From the NCBI GenBank assembly GCA_034670025.1, contig JAXMOE010000001.1:229889-293888 (forward strand): a stretch of DNA of 64,000 bases, in the 5' to 3' direction. A program made the translations under genes and the position numbers. Below, piece by piece: positions 29,091-37,936 of this stretch (position 1 is the first letter of the stretch; every line of letters begins with the position of its first letter). The DNA is from Chlorobiota bacterium (GTDB lineage: Bacteria; Bacteroidota; Ignavibacteria; Kapaibacteriales; UBA2268). Under the pieces are notes generated by a model. That model was not told the origin of the DNA and made no database searches. It was given only the letters and a program-made list of their open reading frames with translations.

Positions 29091-29575
29091 TGAAGATAAA
29101 TGATTTCTCAAAGAAGTATGATTATCCAATCAGGGCAATCCGATATTTCTTAGAAACCAAGTTGACAAAAGGAAAACATTTCTACGTCAGAGGAGGTAGG
29201 TTAGTTTTACCTGAAAAGACTCAGGAGTTAATTCACAATAGATTTAAAGCACGTAGAGATTACCCAATTTCTTACAGACGGATTAATAATGAGTTCGGAT
29301 ATATAATTGAAGAGTTGAAAGACTTCACTATCGAAAACCAAGACTACATAATGGTCGGTAAGCTCTATCACTTCTCAAATGAGGGATATAGTAAAGTAGT
29401 TCGATACAGTCAGGGCGAGAGGTTTAAGGAAACCCCCAAGAGAATAACTGAAACAATTCCCTCGGTAGGAGTAACAAGGATGAACAACTTCTCCGAAATG
29501 ACAAAAAGGGAAAAAGAACATTGGGCTGACAATGTTAGACTAACGAAAGAAGCAAGAGAGTTAATATTCAAATAG
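29087..29575 (+). CDS. hypothetical protein
   Basis: 162-aa ORF. Confidence 0.45.
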   Translation: MMKINDFSKKYDYPIRAIRYFLETKLTKGKHFYVRGGRLVLPEKTQELIHNRFKARRDYPISYRRINNEFGYIIEELKDFTIENQDYIMVGKLYHFSNEGYSKVVRYSQGERFKETPKRITETIPSVGVTRMNNFSEMTKREKEHWADNVRLTKEARELIFK

Positions 29576-29584
29576 AGGAATTAA

Positions 29585-30013
29585 ATGGCATCAGAGTTAA
29601 TACCAAACATCACACGAGACCAGATAGTAAGAGCTGGACTGGACATTGTAATAGTATCAGGAAAGAATAACAGCAGTTTTAATGTTGGAGACAAACTCTA
29701 TTTGAGAGCATCAAACGGAGCAAAGCCACAGGAGAAGGTATTCAACGAGATGGCAGAGAATGATGAATATGACGAATACAACAGGGATGATAATGAGGAT
29801 GTATTCGCCACAATCGAGAAAGTGACAAAGTTTCAAGTATCTACTTACAACAAAGAGAAAAAGCAGTATGATATATTCATCAATGATGTTTATTTATCCC
29901 TAACAAAACAGCAAACATTCTTAAGCGAGCAAGGATTTACAGTAGATGCATTCTTAGACAGATTTGGTAAGAGTGGTATGTTCAACGGTTATCTAATCAA
30001 ATTTGCATTATGA
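29585..30013 (+). CDS. hypothetical protein
   Basis: 142-aa ORF. Confidence 0.45.
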   Translation: MASELIPNITRDQIVRAGLDIVIVSGKNNSSFNVGDKLYLRASNGAKPQEKVFNEMAENDEYDEYNRDDNEDVFATIEKVTKFQVSTYNKEKKQYDIFINDVYLSLTKQQTFLSEQGFTVDAFLDRFGKSGMFNGYLIKFAL

Positions 30014-30312
30014 AGTTAGACATTTCAAATAAGATTTCTGAAAAAATAGAACTATCGGATTTAAGTTCTGATCTGCAGTATTTAGCAGAAGTGATTGGGC
30101 TTGATTTGGTAAGGAAGTTAATAGTTCAAATGGGTGGTACAGGAAATCCAATTTATATTCCTGACACCTCTTCCTTTGACAAAGCAATACATAAAATGGT
30201 GGAAGATGACTTCCCCGGAAAGCATTTAAGAGATATTTCCTATGACACAGGAATATCATTAAGAAGATTAAAGAGTATCAATAAAAAATATAAGAAAGAA
30301 CACAGTTCGTAA
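30010..30312 (+). CDS. Mor/C-family phage transcriptional activator
   Basis: LAEVIGLDLVRKLIVQMGGTGNPIYIP (GG..iYIP motif) and a C-terminal HTH (RDISYDTGISLRRL). About 100 aa. Confidence 0.5.
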   Translation: MKLDISNKISEKIELSDLSSDLQYLAEVIGLDLVRKLIVQMGGTGNPIYIPDTSSFDKAIHKMVEDDFPGKHLRDISYDTGISLRRLKSINKKYKKEHSS

Positions 30313-30355
30313 AACAACTCTAAAACGGACTGTAGCAAGGTGTTGGAATGCACCT

Positions 30356-30658
30356 ATGTCCATCAGGGGAATTCCATCTCTCTCAAAGACGATTCCCCTG
30401 TATTATAAAAATACAGGAATAGAAATGAATGATGAACAATTACAAGAGTTAATTAGTGAAAAGTCTGACAAGCTCATAGCTAAACTGGAATGGCATGATA
30501 CACTCGATGTACAGAATGCAGTAAGGAAGGCATACAAGCAAGGGTTTAAGGATGGTGTAGATTATACCCATGAAAGCCAAAAGGCTATGGTTAAGGAAGA
30601 AGTTAAGCCCAAGACGAGTAAGAGTAAGAAGACAAGTAAAACTAAGAAGAAGAAATAA
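30356..30658 (+). CDS. hypothetical basic protein
   Basis: 100-aa ORF with a Lys-rich C-terminus. Confidence 0.4.
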   Translation: MSIRGIPSLSKTIPLYYKNTGIEMNDEQLQELISEKSDKLIAKLEWHDTLDVQNAVRKAYKQGFKDGVDYTHESQKAMVKEEVKPKTSKSKKTSKTKKKK

Positions 30659-30890
30659 CGGCACTGGTAGCACAGTTATCCCATATAGTAATAGTTGCTG
30701 TGCTACTGGATGTCGGTTTTAATTAAAAACCATACTCAAATGAGTGAAGAATACACAAGAAGGGCAGGTAATGCTGGGGGTGAACTTAATGCACCCTAAG
30801 CCCCCATAGTTGGGTATGGTAATATTTAACAGCAAAGGTAGTACGGACTCCATATAGAAATTAAATGTTGATAACAATATACATTATACA

Positions 30891-30928
30891 AGTGGGGGTT
30901 TATTGTTTAGTTCCCCCACTGTTTTTTA
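30891..30928 (+). terminator. intrinsic terminator
   Basis: AGTGGGGG / CCCCCACT stem with a 14-nt loop, followed by GTTTTTT. Confidence 0.6.
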
Positions 30929-30952
30929 AAACAAAGAAATAGGAAATAGAAA

Positions 30953-31414
30953 ATGAGTGAAGAGAAAGTAAGAGAATACCCATACATCGGAGTACATCCC
31001 AAAGGTATGTGGGTACTATTCAGTAAAAAGAATACTGGTGTACTGTTAAATGATTGTACTGATGTAGACGAAGAGTTGAAGGCAACGACAGAGTCAAAGA
31101 AGTGGATAGAAGAAGAATTTACTTTAGCTGACTTACCTACAGTAGATGAGGAAGTGTTAGAACAACTAAATTCCGACAATGAGATAATTGTTAAAGACGA
31201 TGCAAGAGATTGGATATATGCACCATTCAAATTTGTAGCGGGCGGTTCAGCCAAAGGAGTTGAATTAACAACCTACGCACTGCAAACAGACAAAGGTACA
31301 ACGGTCTTAACTGTAGCCAAAAACACAGAATCAGGAAAGCTATCTACAAGCATTGTGTTTATTCCAGAAGCAAGGATTATAACACATGATGACGGTACTA
31401 AGTCAATCAAATAG
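30953..31414 (+). CDS. hypothetical protein
   Basis: 153-aa ORF. Confidence 0.45.
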   Translation: MSEEKVREYPYIGVHPKGMWVLFSKKNTGVLLNDCTDVDEELKATTESKKWIEEEFTLADLPTVDEEVLEQLNSDNEIIVKDDARDWIYAPFKFVAGGSAKGVELTTYALQTDKGTTVLTVAKNTESGKLSTSIVFIPEARIITHDDGTKSIK

Positions 31415-31420
31415 AATTTT

Positions 31421-31493
31421 AATCCACCCTTGTTCGCTCATGCGACCTTTCCCCCAGGAACTAAAAGCATATTCCTCTGACAAGGGTGGGATT
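31421..31493. repeat. inverted repeat AATCCACCCTTG / CAAGGGTGGGATT with a 48-nt loop
   Basis: 12/13-bp near-perfect stem immediately after the stop codon at 31414, at the left edge of the AT-rich island. Confidence 0.45.
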
Positions 31494-31737
31494 GATAAAA
31501 GAATTCAACTTTTCGTTATAATATAGAGCCTACAGTATCTGACATTTAAACCTCTAAACATCCAAAAAAACAAAAGCTTTAAGTGTTGCTCTAAAAGTTC
31601 AACGAGCCAATTAAATAAAGCAAATCTTGTAAATAGTTTTATTTTTACATAATTTAATCTGTTAAACGTAAACTAACAGTTTACAACCGTATAAAATTAT
31701 TGTTTAATTTGACTAATAATCATTACGTGGAGTTTAG

Positions 31738-32520
31738 ATGAGTTTAAAAAAGTTCATTAATTATGAATATACTTTAAGACCCAAAAATCTTGCAAATGTT
31801 ATTGATTCGCATATGGATCATATTTATGAAGGCTTTCTACAAAGATCTATATTGTCTTTAAATGGAATGGGAACCGATAAATTTAAGATTACTGTCAAGA
31901 TAATGGATGATAATATTTACGCAATTAGAATAAGACGTAAATATCAAAAAGGAAGCATAGAAAGTTCTATAATTATATTCAATTTAAACCCTGGCTCAAA
32001 CACTATTTCTATTAGTAAGAGCGAAGATTTTTTAACTAATGGTATCTTATTAAGAGTAGTCATAGTCTTGTTGAGTAAAAAACTAAATAAGAATGGATTA
32101 AAAATAGAGACAAGAGAAATAAAAATTACTAAAGACTTTTGGGAAATAGTAAAAGGCAAAGAGGACAGGATAAAAGAATTAAAGTTTGAATATAAAAGTG
32201 CAAATCTAAAAGGATCCTCAAAAGCAATTCCAACAAAATTAAGAATGTTATTCGAAATGCTTGGAGATAATTCAAATAGCATATCAATGAACGCTCCAAG
32301 GGGCTTCACTTTAAAAAGTGTTAATAAATTCAATAAAATATTAAATCCACTTGTTACTTTTTCTAAAACTTCAAACTCAAATATTCTTATTAAATTTATT
32401 GATGAAAAAAAGTTCTATAACACTTCAAAGAATTATTCAGTTACTATTTATGATAATTTCAATTTTGATAAAATTGGTGATGATACAGAATCAAATTTTA
32501 ATTTAGAAATTCTATCTTAA
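31738..32520 (+). CDS. hypothetical protein, AT-rich orphan (260 aa)
   Basis: N/K/I-rich composition unlike the flanking phage genes. Isolated between a 320-bp AT-rich leader and a terminator. Confidence 0.5.
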   Translation: MSLKKFINYEYTLRPKNLANVIDSHMDHIYEGFLQRSILSLNGMGTDKFKITVKIMDDNIYAIRIRRKYQKGSIESSIIIFNLNPGSNTISISKSEDFLTNGILLRVVIVLLSKKLNKNGLKIETREIKITKDFWEIVKGKEDRIKELKFEYKSANLKGSSKAIPTKLRMLFEMLGDNSNSISMNAPRGFTLKSVNKFNKILNPLVTFSKTSNSNILIKFIDEKKFYNTSKNYSVTIYDNFNFDKIGDDTESNFNLEILS

Positions 32521-32596
32521 AATTCTATTTAGATAAATATTATTTTTAATTTTGTATTCGAATCTGGCTCAACAGGCAGATTTAGAATGTAGTAAT

Positions 32597-32628
32597 TAGG
32601 AACACATGTAAATGTGTTCCTAATTTTT
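32597..32628. terminator. bidirectional intrinsic terminator
   Basis: AGGAACACAT-gtaa-ATGTGTTCCT perfect 10-bp stem with a T-run after. Confidence 0.7.
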
Positions 32629-32644
32629 CAACTACAATACTACA

Positions 32645-33391
32645 CTAGTCACAACATGATTCAATAGAATATAACTCGAGAACTTCATCTTGAGAAAGAA
32701 CTTTGTTAAAAAATGCAATGTCATCAATAGATCCATTAAAATACTTTCCAATTATTATATCACCACCATTAACTGGATTAATAACTTCTTGAGTTATACT
32801 AGTCTGTGTATCCATTAGTTTACCATTTTGATAGAGTGACATTGTTTTAATATCGAAGTCACATGTTGCAACTACGTGATACCATTGATTTAGCGAATTT
32901 TGATCAGAGTTGTCCCAAACAGAATGCATGTTATTAAAAAAGGTTACTTTATTTATATCATATACACCTAATGACATTACTCTATTTGTAGCAGGAGTTT
33001 TATTGTCTTTGTCACCTCTAGCAACTAGGACTTCATATTGTCCTTGATTATTGATAGTATGTTTATACCAAAGAGAAATAGAGTACTTTCTCAACCCATT
33101 TAAAAAATTAGGAGACGTCATGTACAGATAGTTTGGAGAAGTATCGCTAAATTTATAAGCACAATTTTCTCCACCCTCTCTACCTTCAGTTGGTTCCGCA
33201 TTGTTCTCATTAGTTAAATCATTACTAGACTTAAAATCCTCTATACTGGAATTACTAAAAGGGTAGTAGGCAATCAAATTATCTTCTAAAGAAGCTGGAA
33301 TACAAACTTTATTAGTTGGGTCAGTTCCATTATCTTCTTTCTTGCATGAGAAAGCTAGAAGTAGTATTATAGTTAGAAAAAAATATTTCAT
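32645..33391 (-). CDS. lipoprotein with LamG-like (concanavalin A-like lectin) domain
   Basis: Lipobox LLAFSC after the signal peptide. LWYKH...WYHVVATCD...LYQNGKL...FNGSIDDIAFFNKVLSQDEV is a LamG jelly-roll signature. Confidence 0.65.
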   Translation of the reverse strand: MKYFFLTIILLLAFSCKKEDNGTDPTNKVCIPASLEDNLIAYYPFSNSSIEDFKSSNDLTNENNAEPTEGREGGENCAYKFSDTSPNYLYMTSPNFLNGLRKYSISLWYKHTINNQGQYEVLVARGDKDNKTPATNRVMSLGVYDINKVTFFNNMHSVWDNSDQNSLNQWYHVVATCDFDIKTMSLYQNGKLMDTQTSITQEVINPVNGGDIIIGKYFNGSIDDIAFFNKVLSQDEVLELYSIESCCD

Positions 33392-33590
33392 TTGAATCCT
33401 TCATGTATGTTAAAAAATGTATTAGAATAAACACAAAACTAGTAGTTTAGTTACATTTTATATCGAGTTTATAAATCTGATAACTTCTCTTTATGTTTAC
33501 TAAATACGTCCGACTGCATCGCTCCCTTATTAAAAGCTCATAAATTCTTAAAATATTGATATACTTTACTTTAAAATCTGATAGAAGTTA

Positions 33591-35579
33591 TTAAGACTTT
33601 ACTACTTCTTTCAGCACTTCACTTAAGTCCATTAAAGTAAAAGGTTTGGGGATAAAGTGTGTTAGTCCAATCTTATTCAAATCTGATATGTCTTTACTCT
33701 CGGTAAAACCAGAAGTAACAATTATATTTATTTCACTATTTAGCTCTTTCAGCTTTTTATAGCATTCTTTACCGTTCATTTGTGGCATAATCATATCTAG
33801 AATAACTAGGTCAATTTCATCAGATTTACTTTTAAATAACTCAATTCCTTTTATCCCATCTTCAGCAAGTAATACTTTAAACCCTAGCTTTTCTAAAAGT
33901 ATTTTTGTCGTTACTCTGATTATTTCTTCATCATCTATTACTAGAATGGTTTGATTTCCAGCTATTAATTCATTATTGTTATTTACTTCACTATCTAATT
34001 TAGCATTCTCAGATAAAGGTAATAGTACATTGAATGTAGTACCTATGTTTAATTCACTATATACAACTATCTCACCACAATGCTCCTTAACAGCCCCTTG
34101 CACTGATGACAACCCTAAACCTGTACCTTTACCTCTTTGCTTAGTTGTAAAAAAGGGATCGAATACTTTTTTAGCTACTTCTTTTGTCATGCCGTGGCCT
34201 GTGTCATTGATAGAGATAAGAACATAATGACCTGGCTCAACGTTTAAATATGAATGTTCTAAATCTTGCTTAGAATAAAATTTAGACTTTGTTGCAATGC
34301 TCAATGTGCCTCCATTTGGCATCGCGTCAAAAGCATTAATAAAAAGGTTAATAAAAATGTTCTGTATTTGAGATTTATCCCCTTTTATAATGAAATCATT
34401 ATCTGAAACTTTAAAATCAAAAATTATATTTTTATTAATTCGACTAGAAACTAATTCAAGAGAAACGTTGATTTCATCAATCAAATTTAATTCTATAGAT
34501 TGGAACTTACCTTTTCTTGAGTAATCAAGTAATTTTTTAATTAATTCTGCGGCTCTATTACTCGCATTTTCTATGATACCTAAAGCTTTCAATGAATGTT
34601 TATTAAGACCTTCATCGTACTTCATTAATTCAACAGAATTAAGAATACCAGTTAGAACATTATTAAAATCGTGAGCAACTCCTCCTGCTAACAATCCAAC
34701 CGCTTCCATTTTCACTTTTTGAGCTAACTGTGCCTCAATTTCTTTCCTCTTTGTTATATTGTTTATCTTAATAATAACATCATGTTTAACATCCGCCTCC
34801 ATTGGAAAAACTTTTACTTCATAAAAATTTAGTTTATTATTCTTTGTAGCCTGTTCTTCGAATGAAAAAGTAGTATTGTTTTTTATACATTCTTGGATTC
34901 TAATTTTATGATCTTTTAATAAATCAAAATAATTGAATAAATATTTTCCTAAAACTTCTTTATCGTCATTTTTTGTTAATAATCTTCTACCAAACTTGTT
35001 TATTAATGTAATTTCAAATTGGTCATTAATCCCAATTAATGTCGATGGCATTGAATTAATTACACCTTCTAAATACATAGTTAATCTTTCCACTTCGTTT
35101 TGATTCTTAAGTTCTTCTGTTACATCTCTTAAAACTGCAAAGCTCATTCTTTCATTTAACAGTATTGCGGATAGTTTCATATTTAATATTTTACCAGATT
35201 TATGAATAAATTCATAGTCAACTTCATCTAGGTACTTTTGTTCATAAAAAAGTGGTAATATTTCACTAATAGCTTTTTCTTTACTTTTTGTTGTTAAAAA
35301 ATCAGTAGATTTCTTACCAATAACCTCATGTTGTTCGTATCCTAGACCCTTTAACCAATAGTCACTAACATCAATTATATGACCCGACTCATTTATTGAA
35401 TGAAAAATTGCAGGGATTTTCTTCAACACATCAAATTGTTTAGAATTTTCTACACTAGAACATTCATCAAGCTCATTTGATAAAATTTCAAAAACAGTTT
35501 TTGAAATAGCTTCGTCGTCAAAAAGAATTTTAATCTTTTCCTTAAAAGTATTTATTGTTCCGTTGTCCATAATTCTCAA
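33591..35579 (-). CDS. hybrid sensor histidine kinase/response regulator with PAS domains
   Basis: H-box AHDFNNVL, ATPase N/G boxes (DTGHGM, GTGLGL), C-terminal receiver (LVIDDEEIIR...DLVILDMIMP). Confidence 0.85.
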   Translation of the reverse strand: MRIMDNGTINTFKEKIKILFDDEAISKTVFEILSNELDECSSVENSKQFDVLKKIPAIFHSINESGHIIDVSDYWLKGLGYEQHEVIGKKSTDFLTTKSKEKAISEILPLFYEQKYLDEVDYEFIHKSGKILNMKLSAILLNERMSFAVLRDVTEELKNQNEVERLTMYLEGVINSMPSTLIGINDQFEITLINKFGRRLLTKNDDKEVLGKYLFNYFDLLKDHKIRIQECIKNNTTFSFEEQATKNNKLNFYEVKVFPMEADVKHDVIIKINNITKRKEIEAQLAQKVKMEAVGLLAGGVAHDFNNVLTGILNSVELMKYDEGLNKHSLKALGIIENASNRAAELIKKLLDYSRKGKFQSIELNLIDEINVSLELVSSRINKNIIFDFKVSDNDFIIKGDKSQIQNIFINLFINAFDAMPNGGTLSIATKSKFYSKQDLEHSYLNVEPGHYVLISINDTGHGMTKEVAKKVFDPFFTTKQRGKGTGLGLSSVQGAVKEHCGEIVVYSELNIGTTFNVLLPLSENAKLDSEVNNNNELIAGNQTILVIDDEEIIRVTTKILLEKLGFKVLLAEDGIKGIELFKSKSDEIDLVILDMIMPQMNGKECYKKLKELNSEINIIVTSGFTESKDISDLNKIGLTHFIPKPFTLMDLSEVLKEVVKS

Positions 35580-35681
35580 TTTGTTTTAATAATACTCATT
35601 ATCCATAAAAAAATAATTATTCTGTTTCATTACTGCTGGTTTGTAATAGATACTTGTGAAAAGAGCTCTCTACCACTTACC

Positions 35682-35906
35682 CTATCTCTCATAGTCGTGA
35701 CAAACTTTTCCAGAGCAAAGCCAATCTGTCGAGAATCCTTGTTTAAATAGTCTTAAACTAATTTTTTGTAGATCATTGTCGTTGTTTAGATATTTATTTA
35801 GTGACTGATGCGAAATACCAATCTTCATAGCAAATTCAGATTTAGTTAGCCTTGTAATACTAAATAATTTAGTAAATCTAGAAAGTATATCTCTGTCGTT
35901 CTTCAA
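35682..35906 (-). CDS. XRE-family HTH DNA-binding protein
   Basis: LTKSEFAMKIGISHQSLNKYL is a helix-turn-helix. Confidence 0.5.
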   Translation of the reverse strand: MKNDRDILSRFTKLFSITRLTKSEFAMKIGISHQSLNKYLNNDNDLQKISLRLFKQGFSTDWLCSGKVCHDYER

Positions 35907-36106
35907 AATTTAAATAAAAATAATTAACGTAAAAGTTCAGTGAGCTAAGATAATGATATTTTTTGGATATATTTATTGGCGTAAAAGTTCAATGAGGATA
36001 CTTTTTTTTATTTCTATTTTTAAACCATTAAAAATTCTATAAAATTTGGTAACAAAATGACAATTATCTAAAATTATTTTAAAAATGTGCTTATTTAGAG
36101 GTTTAG

Positions 36107-36304
36107 ATGAAAAGAGAAGAAATTTGCAAAATATTAAATAGAATTGATGAAACTAGTAGTATTGACTTAAATGATGATCTTGAATATAAATTTTACAAAG
36201 TCTATAACGGTTTGCTTTTTATAGAAACATTTCCATTAACAAAAAACCATAGTAGTATATTAAGACTCACTAACAGAGGTAAAGAATTAATTAGGCATAA
36301 CTAA
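36107..36304 (+). CDS. hypothetical small protein
   Basis: 65-aa ORF in an AT-rich region. Confidence 0.25.
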   Translation: MKREEICKILNRIDETSSIDLNDDLEYKFYKVYNGLLFIETFPLTKNHSSILRLTNRGKELIRHN

Positions 36305-36510
36305 GCATATTGAACAGGAGTAGTTATGTCAACAATAAGCATTACTAATTATATTTTTGATTTTTTTAAAGCCCAACGATATTATGTGATAATAAATAGG
36401 CTGTTCTTTAAAATAGAAATTTAACTCTGTTCCGATAAGTATATCAGATATAGGAGTTATAATTGATATATATTCAAATAACACGAGCAAGCCTACTAAT
36501 ATGCATCATA

Positions 36511-36556
36511 GCAGTGCCCATCTCTCTCATTTATCAGGATTACACCGCTAACATAC
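36511..36556. repeat. direct repeat copy 2 (partner of 26011-26056)
   Basis: See copy 1. Confidence 0.55.
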
Positions 36557-36661
36557 TTTCAACTTGCTCTGTTCTAAAACAACTCTTGTAGCACAGCAAA
36601 GTTAAATAAAACGAGATTATAATTCAAGATATTTGTCAATATCTATTCAGTTAGCTATATT

Positions 36662-37198
36662 GTGTTTCTACTTAACTACTATGGGAAATCAAACTTGAAA
36701 ACTTTACTATTAATTTTATCTACTGTAATACTTCTTTCATGCTCCAATGATGACAAATCGACTACTGAACCTACTGTCCAAGGTAATCTTTACTGTTCAG
36801 ATGTTGACATTATGCCTGACGGCTTAGAAGACACTTACGTAAGAATAGTTGGTGTGCTGCCGAACCCAGATGGTGATGATGACTATAATGAACAGTTTAG
36901 AGTGAAGTCATTCTTACTAGATAGTAATGTTGATATTGGGAGTTACTATATTCTTGATGATGAGGATGTAAGATGGGATCTCGATGAGTTGGAGTCCTCT
37001 ATTGATTACATTGAGACTGATAATTGTAGAACGATAACTTACACCTCTGACAAAGTAGCTCAACTACTTAATTCTGGTGATGTGATTTATCTTTATAATA
37101 AGGATGAAGTTCTCATTCAGACTGTTTCTTTTGGGGCTGTTGGGTCTGGGGAGTGGGTGGATTTCTTTTATAATTATTCAGTGATTCCGGGTGCATAA
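36662..37198 (+). CDS. lipoprotein, possibly lamin-tail-domain (LTD)-like
   Basis: Lipobox ILLSCSNDD. YVRIVGVLPNP...GSYYILDDED pattern resembles LTD (EFVEL-N-P...DLSGW-L). Confidence 0.4.
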   Translation: MFLLNYYGKSNLKTLLLILSTVILLSCSNDDKSTTEPTVQGNLYCSDVDIMPDGLEDTYVRIVGVLPNPDGDDDYNEQFRVKSFLLDSNVDIGSYYILDDEDVRWDLDELESSIDYIETDNCRTITYTSDKVAQLLNSGDVIYLYNKDEVLIQTVSFGAVGSGEWVDFFYNYSVIPGA

Positions 37199-37213
37199 AT
37201 TAAGAGGTTTAAA

Positions 37214-37438
37214 ATGAGAAATATAAGTAAAGAAAATCTAGTTAAATATTTGAAAGAGATTGACGAGAAAGGTCAATTTGCAGCTGACACTATAGAGAAA
37301 AGAGTGTTTTTAAATACAGGGTTCAAGTATTTTAACAGTAAAGACTTTGAAAAATCAACAGCTTTTCATGGTGCTGAATACCAAGGGGGATTGTCTTTAA
37401 CGGAATATGGTAAAAGTATATTAGAAGAAAGTGATTAA
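37214..37438 (+). CDS. hypothetical protein (first gene of a three-gene AT-rich operon)
   Basis: 74-aa ORF, 15 bp after the lipoprotein gene. Confidence 0.4.
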   Translation: MRNISKENLVKYLKEIDEKGQFAADTIEKRVFLNTGFKYFNSKDFEKSTAFHGAEYQGGLSLTEYGKSILEESD

Positions 37439-37453
37439 ACCTAGTTAGATTTT

Positions 37454-37936
37454 ATGATGTTAACTGATAAAAATGTTGAAACCCTATTAAATTCTCCTAA
37501 AAAATTAAACTTATTTTTTGAGGATTTATTTCAAAAACCCAAGCAAAAATTCGGTCACACTGAATTTGAATTTGATTTTTTTGATGAAAGTGATATTAAG
37601 TTTGGTTTAAAGCTAAGAATTAATAATTCAAATAAATCAAATTTTTCAGCTATTTTAGGCTTTTATTCAGATGGTAATAATTATAATATTCTTACTAGAT
37701 ATAATGGTAATTCTCATTGGCATAAAAACTTACTACACAATTCACCTGATTTCAAAGATTTTCACATTCATATCGTCAAAGAAGAATATGTACAAAGCCC
37801 CAAAATACGTAGAAATGAAAGTTATGCAGAACCTACCGATAGATATGACAATTTTAGATCTGCTACTATTTGTTTAATTAAGGATTGTAATATAACTTTG
37901 AAAGGTGAAATCGAACCAGAACTATTTAATGAGTAA
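37454..37936 (+). CDS. hypothetical protein (160 aa), His-rich motifs HWHKN / HIHIV
   Basis: ORF overlapped at its 3' end by the next gene. Confidence 0.45.
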   Translation: MMLTDKNVETLLNSPKKLNLFFEDLFQKPKQKFGHTEFEFDFFDESDIKFGLKLRINNSNKSNFSAILGFYSDGNNYNILTRYNGNSHWHKNLLHNSPDFKDFHIHIVKEEYVQSPKIRRNESYAEPTDRYDNFRSATICLIKDCNITLKGEIEPELFNE

